Counted from the stretch's first letter, positions 39,671-48,986 are shown. The stretch: 64,000 bases of DNA from Candidatus Latescibacterota bacterium (GCA_965203175.1 OZ241867.1:2656001-2720000), one strand, 5' to 3'. Numbers and translations: made by a program. Notes: generated by a model not told the origin, from the sequence alone.

Positions 39671-41683
39671 ATGGCCGAGCCTAAGCTGCGATTCCCGGTG
39701 CGGAAGTTAGCGGCGCTCAGGCCGGGTTATCTGGCGTTGCTGTTTGTCGTGCTAGCCTTGGTGTTGGGGGCCTTTGCGCTCTATGGCCTGCGGCAGGCAC
39801 AGCAATCGACCTTAGAGACACTCGAACGTGGAGCGCGGTCGTTGGCCGAAGCGGTTTCTCGCGCCGAGGAGAACGTGCTCCGCGCCGAAGGCGACATGGA
39901 AGAACTGGTCGAGGAACGGCTGCTGGACAACGCCCGACTGCTGGCTGAGTTGGGGCTGACACAGTCGTTTTCCGACACGCTCGTGGCGCGAATTGCAGCG
40001 GACAACGCCCTCGACCAAGTCGATGTGATCGACGCGACCGGCCGGCTGGTGGCGTCGAGTGGCGTCGTCGATGCGGAGGAGTTGATGGAGTGGCAGCGGG
40101 AGTTGGAGCCGCTGCTGGGAGGCGCGGAGGAGGTGCTGCTGTTCGAGTTAGACGACCAGCTCTTTGCCGTGGCCGTGGCCATGCGGGATGGAGGCGCGGT
40201 GATTGTGCGGGCTGCGGCCGAGCGGCTTTTGCACCTGCGGATTCGCTCCGGCGCTGGTCGGCTGATCCAAGAGATCGGCACCAACCAAGACATTGTATAC
40301 ATGGCATTGCAGGATACGCTGGGCCTGTTGGCCGCTTCGCACGATTTGGTCTTACTCGAAAGCATTGCCGGCGATGCATTTCTCGAGACGGCTCTGACGC
40401 GCAATGCGGCCGCTTCGCGCCTCGTCGAGTTTGAGGGCGAGGAGATTTTTGAGGTCGTCATTCCCTTCGCGCCCCAAGGGACGACGCTGGGGCTTTTGCG
40501 CATTGGCCTCTCGCTCGACGAACTCCGAGCGCAGGAGCAGCGCGGGCGGCTGCAAGTGGCGTTGCTGGTACTGCTGCTCCTGATATTAGGTGCCGTGGGT
40601 GCCGGGGCGGTAATTGTGCGACAAAACTTGGCCCTGCTCAGCGATGCGTACGCGAACATACAGACCTATAGCAGCCGCATCTTGGCGCAGATGACGGACG
40701 CGGTGGTGGCCACAGATCCGGCAGGGACCATTGAAGTCTTCAACCAAGCGGCCGAGGCATTGTTCGGGGTCGAGGGTGAGCAGGTGCGGGGGCAGCGCTT
40801 GCGCGATGTATGGCCGCACGAGGCCGTGGATAGGGCCTTGGCCGGCGAGGAACTGGTGGGCTTGTCTTGTCGTTTTACGGATGCTCAAGGCCACGAGCGG
40901 ACCCTGTCGCTGTCGAGTGCACAGGTGTACAATGCCAGCGGCGAGGTGGAGACCATCGTCTTGGTGATCCAGGATCTGAGCGAGAAGGTGGCGCTGGAAG
41001 CCGATCTCCGGCGGCGCGACCGCTTGGCCTCTATGGGGGCACTGGCCTCGGGCGTGGCCCACGAAGTGCGCAACCCACTCAATGCCATCAGTGTGATCGT
41101 GCAGCGGCTGCGGCGCGAATTTACTCCGCGCACAGACGAGGGCGAATACCGCCAGCTAACCCAAGTCGTCGCCGGTGAGGTCGAGCGGGTCAATCGCATC
41201 ATCCAGCAGTTTTTGGAGCTGGCGCGTCCACCCGCACTCGCAAAGACGCGCGTAGAGCTGACGTCGATCTTAGAGCGGGCGGCTGAGACGGTCGAGCCGC
41301 AAATTCTCGCCGCTGGGCTACGGCTGGAGCGAGATTTTGCCGGCGTAGGCGAAGCCCAAGTCGATGCGGATCAACTACATCAGGCGTTGCTCAACTTACT
41401 GGTCAATGCGGTGGAAGCCACGGACGAAGGACACATCCGGCTAGCGGCCCGGTCGCTGCCCGAGGAATGGGTGGAGATCGGCGTGACTGATACCGGCCAG
41501 GGCATTCCGGTCGAAGATGCCGAGCGGATCTTCGACCTATATTTTACGACCAAGGCCGCGGGCGCGGGGTTGGGTTTGAGCTTGGTGCACCGCATCGTCG
41601 CAGAGCACGGGGGGCGCGTTGAAGTGCAGAGTGATCGCGGCGCAGGCGCGCGATTTGTCATTCTACTGCCGAGGGAATTTTGA
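39671..41683 (+). CDS. Membrane PAS sensor histidine kinase (ZraS/AtoS-like)
   Basis: Two TM segments around a periplasmic domain, PAS (FNQAAE), H-box AHEVRNPL, and N/G/F boxes. Confidence 0.92.
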   Translation: MAEPKLRFPVRKLAALRPGYLALLFVVLALVLGAFALYGLRQAQQSTLETLERGARSLAEAVSRAEENVLRAEGDMEELVEERLLDNARLLAELGLTQSFSDTLVARIAADNALDQVDVIDATGRLVASSGVVDAEELMEWQRELEPLLGGAEEVLLFELDDQLFAVAVAMRDGGAVIVRAAAERLLHLRIRSGAGRLIQEIGTNQDIVYMALQDTLGLLAASHDLVLLESIAGDAFLETALTRNAAASRLVEFEGEEIFEVVIPFAPQGTTLGLLRIGLSLDELRAQEQRGRLQVALLVLLLLILGAVGAGAVIVRQNLALLSDAYANIQTYSSRILAQMTDAVVATDPAGTIEVFNQAAEALFGVEGEQVRGQRLRDVWPHEAVDRALAGEELVGLSCRFTDAQGHERTLSLSSAQVYNASGEVETIVLVIQDLSEKVALEADLRRRDRLASMGALASGVAHEVRNPLNAISVIVQRLRREFTPRTDEGEYRQLTQVVAGEVERVNRIIQQFLELARPPALAKTRVELTSILERAAETVEPQILAAGLRLERDFAGVGEAQVDADQLHQALLNLLVNAVEATDEGHIRLAARSLPEEWVEIGVTDTGQGIPVEDAERIFDLYFTTKAAGAGLGLSLVHRIVAEHGGRVEVQSDRGAGARFVILLPREF

Positions 41684-41684
41684 A

Positions 41685-43025
41685 ATGGCTGGAGAGACCA
41701 TTCTGATAATAGACGACGAGGTCACACAGCGCGAGGCTGTGGGCGGCTATTTGCGCAAGCGGGGTTTTGTGGTCTTACAGGCCGCTAACGGACGGGAGGG
41801 ATTGACCTTATTGCAGGACCAAGTGGTCGATCTGATCATCACGGATTTGCGGATGCCGGAGTTGGATGGGATGGGGGTGCTCGCTGCCGCCCGCGACATC
41901 AACCCCGCTATCGGGGTGGTGATGGCGACGGCTTTTGGAACGGTCGATGGGGCCGTTGACGCCATGCAGGGAGGGGCTTTCTACTACCTGCAAAAGCCGA
42001 TTGATCTCGATGTGCTCGACCGGATCGTCGATCGCGCCTTGGAGCAGCGGCACCGCATCTCGGAAAACGAACTCCTCCGCGAGCAGATCGGCGAGCGGGC
42101 GTCATTTGGCGGCATTATGGGCTGCTCTCCGGCCATAGAAGAGGCCCTCAATGTGGTGGCGCGGGCCGCGCCGAGCCGGGCGACTGTGCTGTTGCGCGGC
42201 GAGTCGGGCACTGGCAAGGAACTGATGGCGCGCGCAGTACACGAAGCCAGTCCCCGGGCCGCCCAACCCTTTGTGGCCGTCAACTGCGCTGCCCTCAACA
42301 AGGGCTTGATCGAGAGCGAGCTATTCGGGCACGAGAAGGGTGCCTTTACTGGGGCCGATGCCCGGCGCGCCGGGCGCTTTGAGCAGGCCGACGGCGGCAC
42401 CCTATTCCTCGACGAATTGGCCGAAATTCCCCTCGATGTGCAGGTCAAACTTTTGCGCGTCTTACAAGAACGCAAGATCGAGCGAGTCGGCAGCGGCGTT
42501 GAGATCGAGGTTGATGTGCGGCTGATCGGGGCGACGAATCGCGATTTGGAGGCGCTGGTCGCGCAAGGAGCGTTCCGCGAGGATTTGTTTTATCGGCTCA
42601 ACGTCGTCGCGGTGGAGTTGCCGCCGTTGCGACAGCGCAAGAGCGATATTCCGCTGCTCGTGGACCACTTTCTCGCCCGCTACGCCGAGGAAAATGGCAA
42701 GGCTATTGGCGAGGTTTCCAAAGAGGCGTTGGATCTGCTGACGCGCTACGCCTATCCCGGCAATGTGCGCGAGTTGCAAAACATCGTCGAGCGCGCAGTG
42801 GTCATGGCTCGCGGTCCGGTGGTGATGCGGGCGGACTTGCCGGTCGAAGTGCAAAAAGCATCCCCAGTTGCAGACACCTTGACCGCGCAAGTGGAGGAAT
42901 TGGAGAAGAAGGCCATTGCCCAGGCCTTGGAGCGGTCCGGTGGTGTTCAGAGTCGCGCCGCCGAACTGCTGGGGCTGACCGAGCGCAATCTGCGCTACAA
43001 GCTGAAGAAGTACGGGCTAAAGTAG
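41685..43025 (+). CDS. Sigma54-dependent response regulator (ZraR/AtoC/NtrC family)
   Basis: REC (IDDE, TDLRMP), GESGTGKE, GAFTGA, Fis-type HTH. Confidence 0.94.
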   Translation: MAGETILIIDDEVTQREAVGGYLRKRGFVVLQAANGREGLTLLQDQVVDLIITDLRMPELDGMGVLAAARDINPAIGVVMATAFGTVDGAVDAMQGGAFYYLQKPIDLDVLDRIVDRALEQRHRISENELLREQIGERASFGGIMGCSPAIEEALNVVARAAPSRATVLLRGESGTGKELMARAVHEASPRAAQPFVAVNCAALNKGLIESELFGHEKGAFTGADARRAGRFEQADGGTLFLDELAEIPLDVQVKLLRVLQERKIERVGSGVEIEVDVRLIGATNRDLEALVAQGAFREDLFYRLNVVAVELPPLRQRKSDIPLLVDHFLARYAEENGKAIGEVSKEALDLLTRYAYPGNVRELQNIVERAVVMARGPVVMRADLPVEVQKASPVADTLTAQVEELEKKAIAQALERSGGVQSRAAELLGLTERNLRYKLKKYGLK

Positions 43026-43027
43026 CT

Positions 43028-44188
43028 TCAGAAGCCGAATTGGATGCCGACGGAATACGCATGGGCGTCTGTGTCGTAGAAAGCGTCGTTGGACGCCACT
43101 GAGCGGTAGAGCCACTCCAATTCGAGGGCCATTTCTCGGAACGGGGTGCTGTCTAGGTAGAATGCGCGCGCTAGCCCCAAGCGCGCGGTGCGGCGCGTTT
43201 CAGTCGTGGATTCCCCCGTGAAAACTCCGGCGAGATCGTAGGCTGGCCTTTGGCCGTAGAGGCGACTTTCGCGATGGAAGGAGGCCGCTAGCTCGCAGTT
43301 TAACGGAGCCAAGTACTTCAGGGTAGCACTCCAGTGATCCCCGCTATAGCTGTAGCGGTCTTCAAAGAGTTCATCTGGATCGTACCAGTACGCCTTGGAT
43401 TGCGCCTTATAAAGTTCATCTGGATCGTACCAGTACGCCTTGGTCTTGTAAGGGTCGTCAAAGAGTTTGTTCGGGTCGTACCAGAACCAATCAGCATAGC
43501 GGCTCTGACCGGCGAGGATGCCTTGGTGGTGCCATGCTAGCTGCAACCCAAGGTTGGGACCAAGTGATTGAGCGGCTTTGAGGCGGATGCCCCATAGGAG
43601 TGGGTTGCGGCTGGGCTGGGCTGTTTCTTGTAAATAGGACTTAAGGCCCAACTCGCCGTTAAGCTGCAAAGTGGTGCGGCTGGGCAGGTAGTGGGTTAGC
43701 TGAGCATCGAGATGCTGTTCGCGGTAGCTGTAGTCAGCGGCGTTGAGAAAGTTTTGGTAGCTGAAGGTATAGTCTAGGCGAGTGATAAGCGCTGGGTGCA
43801 GATACGGTTCGAAGCTGGCGAAGGCTCGGCCAGCGGCAAAGTCGCGGTAGTCGTAGAGCGGGCGGTCCAAGCGCAGGCTCAGTGTGGTGCCGGCGAAGAA
43901 TAGACCCGCCGCGCCCAAGGGGCGCGCATAGCTTGCGCCAAAGCTGTGCAAATGGTTGAAGAGGTCGGCGTTTTTGCTGAATACGTTGGCGTTGCCCGAG
44001 TAGTACAAGCTCAAGTCTGTGTCGAACTGGTAGTCGAAGTCGATATAGGCCGACTGCATTAGATCGCCGCGCTGGCTGGCCGTGAGAAAAACATTGTCCG
44101 TATAGGTGGCATATAGGTCGGCGTTGAGGGCGACTTGGGCTTCAGCTACGGAAAGCAGCGCGACTAGATAGGCCGGTAGATATCTCAT
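43028..44188 (-). CDS. Putative outer-membrane beta-barrel protein
   Basis: Signal peptide, alternating aromatic beta-strands, C-terminal YSVGIQFGF. Confidence 0.7.
   Translation of the reverse strand: MRYLPAYLVALLSVAEAQVALNADLYATYTDNVFLTASQRGDLMQSAYIDFDYQFDTDLSLYYSGNANVFSKNADLFNHLHSFGASYARPLGAAGLFFAGTTLSLRLDRPLYDYRDFAAGRAFASFEPYLHPALITRLDYTFSYQNFLNAADYSYREQHLDAQLTHYLPSRTTLQLNGELGLKSYLQETAQPSRNPLLWGIRLKAAQSLGPNLGLQLAWHHQGILAGQSRYADWFWYDPNKLFDDPYKTKAYWYDPDELYKAQSKAYWYDPDELFEDRYSYSGDHWSATLKYLAPLNCELAASFHRESRLYGQRPAYDLAGVFTGESTTETRRTARLGLARAFYLDSTPFREMALELEWLYRSVASNDAFYDTDAHAYSVGIQFGF
43368..43489. repeat. In-frame tandem repeat in the barrel gene
   Basis: Exact 31-bp copies at 43368-98 and 43413-43 (45-bp period) plus a degenerate third copy. 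Encodes three WYDP(D/N)(E/K)L(F/Y) units. Confidence 0.9.
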
Positions 44189-44886
44189 TTGCCCCCCTTT
44201 TTCTTGGGCTGTTTGGGATCGCCTTTTTTGAGATGCGGCGGCACGCGGCGGCGTTTGAGGCGTTTTTTGGTGAGGTCTTGTACGCGCTCGTCCGGGTGCC
44301 TCAGGAGGCGGCGCAACAGGCGGGCGTCGTCGATGCCGTCGCCGTCCTCGTCCAAGAAGAAGTCCATCCGCCGTTTTTGAGCGTGCAGTCGCTGGTGCAG
44401 CCGCTTGAGCGGGTCGTGCATGCCGTCGCCATCGGCGTCGCGGAATTGCTTGACTTGGTGCCGGCGCTCTTCAAAGACGCGGCCAAAGCGATAGCCCAGC
44501 AGCCCGTGCGGGCCGTACTTTGCACCGGTGATGTCGTTTAAGCGGTCGCCATTGAAATCGACGACATTGTCGATGAAGCCGTCGTCGTCCGCGTCGCGGA
44601 AGCGGCCGTCGAGGTCGTTTACGCCGTCGCCGTCTTGGTCGCGGAAGCGGTCGTTTACGCCGTCTTCGTCTTTGTCTAAAAAGGGGAAGTGGTGGGGATA
44701 AGGCTGGCCGTTGAGGTCGTTTACGCCGTCGCCGTCTTGGTCGCGGAAGCGGTCGTTTACGCCGTCGCGGTCGGCATCGACATAGCCGACAATGGGCGCA
44801 GGGGACGCAGCCTCCTCTGGCGGCCCAGGTTGGGCGTGAACGGAACAGGCCAGCAGGGCGCTGGCGACGATAGCGATAACGACCAT
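44185..44886 (-). CDS. Secreted DxDxDG-repeat (EF-hand-like) putative Ca-binding protein with basic tail
   Basis: Signal peptide and eight Dx[DN]xD[GR] loops. Exact 54-bp DNA duplication at 44611-64 and 44713-66. Confidence 0.75.
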   Translation of the reverse strand: MVVIAIVASALLACSVHAQPGPPEEAASPAPIVGYVDADRDGVNDRFRDQDGDGVNDLNGQPYPHHFPFLDKDEDGVNDRFRDQDGDGVNDLDGRFRDADDDGFIDNVVDFNGDRLNDITGAKYGPHGLLGYRFGRVFEERRHQVKQFRDADGDGMHDPLKRLHQRLHAQKRRMDFFLDEDGDGIDDARLLRRLLRHPDERVQDLTKKRLKRRRVPPHLKKGDPKQPKKKGGK

Positions 44887-44903
44887 GTTTTTCTCAAAAG
44901 ATG

Positions 44904-44935
44904 CAGTAGGGGCGACCGGCCGGTCGCCCCTACTG
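44904..44935. repeat. GTAG-type REP-like perfect palindrome
   Basis: CAGTAGGGGCGACCGG|CCGGTCGCCCCTACTG, 32 bp, intergenic. Confidence 0.85.
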
Positions 44936-44938
44936 GGA

Positions 44939-45682
44939 TTACTGGCCGAAGGAGTCCTTGACGCGGCCCCAACTCGTCTGCTCGACGGCTGCAGCTTTGC
45001 CCGCAGCCGCTGTCTCGGTCGTCTCGGTTTCTTCTTCGCTGTTCTTCGAATGGCAGCCGCGATTGGCCTTTAGGTCTTCGAGAGTTGCAAGCTGATCAGC
45101 GGTCAGAATGGCCTCAAAATCGGTGCTGAATTCTTCGCGCAGGGCTTGCCACCCCTCTTTGAGGTCCTCTCTGAGTTCCTCGATCTGCTCTTGCTGGTCT
45201 TCGGTCAAGCCGAGTTGCTCGGCGAGTGAGTCCTTGTGTCCGCCGCGATTGGCCTTTAGTTCTTCGAGGGTTTCGCTCTGCTCGTCGGTCAGGATGTCCT
45301 CAAGGCTGGAGAGGAACTCTTCTTTGGTCAGGTCCTGGTCTTTGAGAGCTTGGATTTGCGTCTGCTGGTCTTCGGTCAGGCCGAGCGGGTTCCTGATTTC
45401 TTCGAGGGTTTCGAGCTGTTCGTCAGTTAGGATGGCCTCAACGTCGGTCCAGTACTCTTTGCGGAGGGCCTGCTTCTGCTCGTGTAGGGTGTCTTTGAGT
45501 GTTTGGATTTGCGTCTGCTGGTCTTCGCTCAGGCCGAGTTGCTCAATCAATGAGCCTTTGTGCCCGCTTTTCTTGCCGTACCCGTGGAATCCCCGCTTGC
45601 CTCCCCAGCCTTTTGCCGAGGTGTCCATAGCCGCCGCGGCCACCAGAAGCAGCGCGGCTGCGATGACCCATGTTGTCTTCAT
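44939..45682 (-). CDS. Spy/CpxP-like LTxxQ-repeat exported protein with C-terminal SWGRVK tail
   Basis: Signal peptide, six L(T/S)xxQ motifs, an E/T/A linker, then AVEQTSWGRVKDSF. Confidence 0.8.
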   Translation of the reverse strand: MKTTWVIAAALLLVAAAAMDTSAKGWGGKRGFHGYGKKSGHKGSLIEQLGLSEDQQTQIQTLKDTLHEQKQALRKEYWTDVEAILTDEQLETLEEIRNPLGLTEDQQTQIQALKDQDLTKEEFLSSLEDILTDEQSETLEELKANRGGHKDSLAEQLGLTEDQQEQIEELREDLKEGWQALREEFSTDFEAILTADQLATLEDLKANRGCHSKNSEEETETTETAAAGKAAAVEQTSWGRVKDSFGQ

Positions 45683-45747
45683 GATGCTCCTCCTTGCATG
45701 GGATGAGTGTGATGCTCAACGTGCATTGTCGAGTCGCACTGTGTTAG

Positions 45748-45763
45748 AGCAACATGTGTGCCA
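45748..45763 (-). promoter_or_regulatory. Sigma54 -24/-12 promoter
   Basis: Minus strand TGGCACACATGTTGCT matches TGGCAC-N5-TTGCW. Confidence 0.88.
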
Positions 45764-45849
45764 CGTTGGAAAATTTTTTGCAAAATGCGGTTTTACAGTG
45801 GGCAAAACCTCGCGTCGTTGTAAAGATGTCCAAGACTCGGTGCGACAGG

Positions 45850-45955
45850 TTCGACCAAATGGTCGAAGCAGGTATTTCTTAATGTAACGCAACATTTTGT
45901 TTCTATTTTATTTATAACGCATTCGTCCAAAGTCAGAAATTCGACCAAATGGTCG
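45850..45955. promoter_or_regulatory. Paired palindromic enhancer (bEBP) sites
   Basis: TTCGACCAAATGGTCG at 45850-65 and 45940-55, 90 bp apart, upstream of the sigma54 promoter. Confidence 0.75.
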
Positions 45956-45980
45956 CTAGCTAGACAAAGCCCGCTAAACC

Positions 45981-47375
45981 TTATCCGCGTCCGAACACCT
46001 TCGCCGGCAGATACGTAGCCAGTTCCGGCACGAACCACAGCCCCGCTAACAGCAGCACCTGAATCGCGATAAAGGGCACGACTCCTCGGTAGATTTGCGG
46101 CGTGCTGATTTCAGGGGGAGCGACGCCGCGCAAGTAAAAGAGCGAGAAGCCAAACGGGGGCGTGAGAAAAGAGGTTTGCAAGTTCAGGGCGATCATCACG
46201 CCCAACCACACGGGATCCAAGCCCATAGTCAAGAGGATCGGGCCGACGATGGGGACGACGACGAAGATGATCTCGAAAAAGTCGAGAAAAAAGCCGAGCA
46301 AAAACATCACGGCCATCACTAACGCGAAAGAGCCGAGCACGCCGCCGGTTGCCTCATGGGTCAGAAAGGCCTCGACTGCTTCGTCGCCTCCGTAGCCGCG
46401 AAAGACCAGCGAAAACACGCTCGCGCCAATGAGTATGATGAAGACCATGGCGTTGATCTCGGTGGTGGTGCGCATGACTTCTTTGAGCGCGGTGCGGTTG
46501 AAGTGCCCTTTGGCCAGCGACAAGAGCATGGCACCAACCGCGCCGACCGAAGCCGCCTCGGTCGGCGTGGCCACTCCGAAGAGGATAGAGCCGAGCACTC
46601 CACAGATGAGGACTAGGGGCGGGACGAGGGCCGCGCCGAGGCGGCGGAGGAAGGCCGCACTGAGAATTTGTGCGCGCTCTTCGGCTGGCACAGCCGGCAC
46701 GGTAGCAGGCTTGAGGAGGCCGAGGCCGATTATATAGAGAATATAGAGGCCCATCAGCACGAAGCCGGGCACGACCGCGCCCATAAAGAGGTCGCCAACC
46801 GACACGGAGACCGGGGCGAAATTGCCCATTTTGAGTTGTGCTTGTTGGTACGCCGAGGAGACCACGTCGCCGAGGATGACCAACACAATGCTGGGCGGGA
46901 TGATCTGGCCCAGCGTCCCCGAAGCGCAGATGATGCCGGTGGAAACCGCTGGGGAGTACGCGCGTTTGAGCATGGCCGGCAGCGAGATGAGTCCCATGGT
47001 GACGACCGTCGCGCCGACGATGCCGGTGGAAGCCGCCAACAGACCTCCGACGAGGCAAACCGAAATCCCCAGTCCGCCGCACAAGCTGCCGCAGAGCTGG
47101 GCCATGGTTTCGAGTAGGTCCTCGGCGATTTTCGAACGCTCTAGCACGACTCCCATAAAGACGAACAGCGGCACGGCCATCAGGGTCTCGTTGGACATGA
47201 TGCCGTAGATGCGGGCCGGCAAAGCCGAGAGAAAGGCCGCGTCAAAGTCTCCGGTGAGGACGCCGAGGCCGGCAAAGCCAAGGGCCGTACCCGCGAGGCA
47301 AAAGGCCACTGGGAAACCGGATAGCAGCACCGCGAAGGTGCAGAAGAACATGGCCAGCGGCGCGAATTCGCTCAT
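45981..47375 (-). CDS. dctM: TRAP transporter large permease
   Basis: SGTLGQIIPPS, ATPTEAA, LTPPFG. Confidence 0.92.
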   Translation of the reverse strand: MSEFAPLAMFFCTFAVLLSGFPVAFCLAGTALGFAGLGVLTGDFDAAFLSALPARIYGIMSNETLMAVPLFVFMGVVLERSKIAEDLLETMAQLCGSLCGGLGISVCLVGGLLAASTGIVGATVVTMGLISLPAMLKRAYSPAVSTGIICASGTLGQIIPPSIVLVILGDVVSSAYQQAQLKMGNFAPVSVSVGDLFMGAVVPGFVLMGLYILYIIGLGLLKPATVPAVPAEERAQILSAAFLRRLGAALVPPLVLICGVLGSILFGVATPTEAASVGAVGAMLLSLAKGHFNRTALKEVMRTTTEINAMVFIILIGASVFSLVFRGYGGDEAVEAFLTHEATGGVLGSFALVMAVMFLLGFFLDFFEIIFVVVPIVGPILLTMGLDPVWLGVMIALNLQTSFLTPPFGFSLFYLRGVAPPEISTPQIYRGVVPFIAIQVLLLAGLWFVPELATYLPAKVFGRG

Positions 47376-47863
47376 TGGGTGCGGAGGGTTTGCACGCTGT
47401 GGCGAATGATGGCTAGGGCTTGCAAGAACAGCAGCACAAAGCACAGGGGAATGGCGGTTTTGAGCAGATAGACTGCCTCCAGGCCGCCGCCGTCTTGGGA
47501 GCCTTCGAACACAGCCCAAGAGTCGGCGACAAAAGGCAGCGACTGGTAGAACAGCACTGCGCAGCAGGGAATCAGCAGCAGTGCGCTACCCAAGAGATTG
47601 ACTAGGGCCTTGCGCCGGTCGTCCATGGGCCGGTAGAGGATATCGACGCGGACGTGCGCGTCGCGCGAGAGGGTGTAACTGGCTGCGAGGAGGAAGGTAA
47701 AGGCGTGCATGTACAGGGCTATTTCCTGCATCCAGACCCAGCCGCGTTCAAAGAGGTAACGCAAGATTACGATGACAAAAGTCACCAAGACCATGCCCAG
47801 CGTCAGCCAAGGCACGGTGTGGACGATGAAGCGATTGAGGCGTTCCATGCGGGCGCTAGCCAA
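47372..47863 (-). CDS. dctQ: TRAP transporter small permease
   Basis: Four TM segments and HVRVDI. Confidence 0.9.
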   Translation of the reverse strand: MASARMERLNRFIVHTVPWLTLGMVLVTFVIVILRYLFERGWVWMQEIALYMHAFTFLLAASYTLSRDAHVRVDILYRPMDDRRKALVNLLGSALLLIPCCAVLFYQSLPFVADSWAVFEGSQDGGGLEAVYLLKTAIPLCFVLLFLQALAIIRHSVQTLRTQ

Positions 47864-48980
47864 ACGTCAGAGCGCGGGCTTGGGTATAGGCTTCCTCGGA
47901 GATGCGCGTGTACGCGATGGAGTTTTTGCGGAAGGCGTCAAACGAACCATAGACCCGGCTGGAAAAGGGGTCTTGGCCCGCGATCTCGGCGACGACTTCG
48001 GCGGACACTTTGCCGATTTGGGCCAAGAGCTCGTCGGAAAAGCGCCGGAGCTGGACGCCGTGTTCGTCAACGAGCGTCTTGAGGGCTTGGCTGTTGCGCG
48101 CGGTGAACTCGCTGAGCATGTCGTCGTTGGCTGCTTGGCAGGCGTACTCGACGACGGCTTGGAGGTCTGCAGGAAGGGCTTCCAAGGCCTGTTTGTTGAC
48201 CATGCACTCTAGCGCGGTCCCCGGCTCGTGCCAGCCCGGCCAGTAGTAGTATTGGGCGGCTTGGTGCAACCCAAAGGCGAGATCGTTGTACGGGCCAACC
48301 CATTCAGTGGCGTCGATGGCACCGGTCTTGAGGGCTTGGAAGATCTCGCCGCCGGGCAGGGCTTTGACCGTGACTTCGAGGCGGCGCAGGACCTCGCCGC
48401 CCAAGCCCGGCATCCGCATGACCAAACCGGAAAAGTCGGCTAGGGTGTTGATTTCTCGGTTGAACCAACCGCCCATCTGCACGCCTGTGTTGCCGACGGG
48501 AAAGGCCCGAAGGTTGAAGGGGGCGTAGAGCTCGTCCCACAGGGCTTGGCCGCCGCCGTAGCGCAGCCAGCCGTTGATCTCGGCTGCGTTTAGTCCAAAG
48601 GGAACGGCCGAGAAAAACTGGGTCGCCTCGTGCTTGCCCTTCCAGTAGTAAGCGGCTCCGTGCCCCATCTCGGCGGTGCCGCCGGAGACCGCGTCGAAGA
48701 CGCCCGAGGCTGGCACCAATTCCCCTGCGCCGTACACCTTGACGTGTAGGCGTCCATCGGACAGGGCCTCAATGCTATGGGCGAGATTGTTAGCTCCAGT
48801 GCCCAAGGCTGGAAAGTCCTTGGGCCAAGTGGTGACCATCTTCCACTTGAAATGCTGTTGGGATTGGACCGCAGGGGCCGCTTGCTGTTCGGCTTGGCCA
48901 CAGGCGGCCAAGCCGCCGGCCGCTAGTAATGGAGCGCTTTGCAGGAAGGAGCGGCGCGAGCGTTGTGCGGAATCGTGCAT
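47856..48980 (-). CDS. dctP: TRAP substrate-binding protein (TakP/SmoM-like, Tat lipoprotein)
   Basis: SRRSFL Tat motif, LAAC, GNTGVQMGGWF, EWVGPYND, YYWPGWHEP. Confidence 0.9.
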   Translation of the reverse strand: MHDSAQRSRRSFLQSAPLLAAGGLAACGQAEQQAAPAVQSQQHFKWKMVTTWPKDFPALGTGANNLAHSIEALSDGRLHVKVYGAGELVPASGVFDAVSGGTAEMGHGAAYYWKGKHEATQFFSAVPFGLNAAEINGWLRYGGGQALWDELYAPFNLRAFPVGNTGVQMGGWFNREINTLADFSGLVMRMPGLGGEVLRRLEVTVKALPGGEIFQALKTGAIDATEWVGPYNDLAFGLHQAAQYYYWPGWHEPGTALECMVNKQALEALPADLQAVVEYACQAANDDMLSEFTARNSQALKTLVDEHGVQLRRFSDELLAQIGKVSAEVVAEIAGQDPFSSRVYGSFDAFRKNSIAYTRISEEAYTQARALTFG

Positions 48981-48986
48981 GGAACC

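Noticed and set aside
43368-44766. CRISPR-like direct repeats
   Set aside because: Only 2-3 copies, in frame within coding sequence, and no cas genes.
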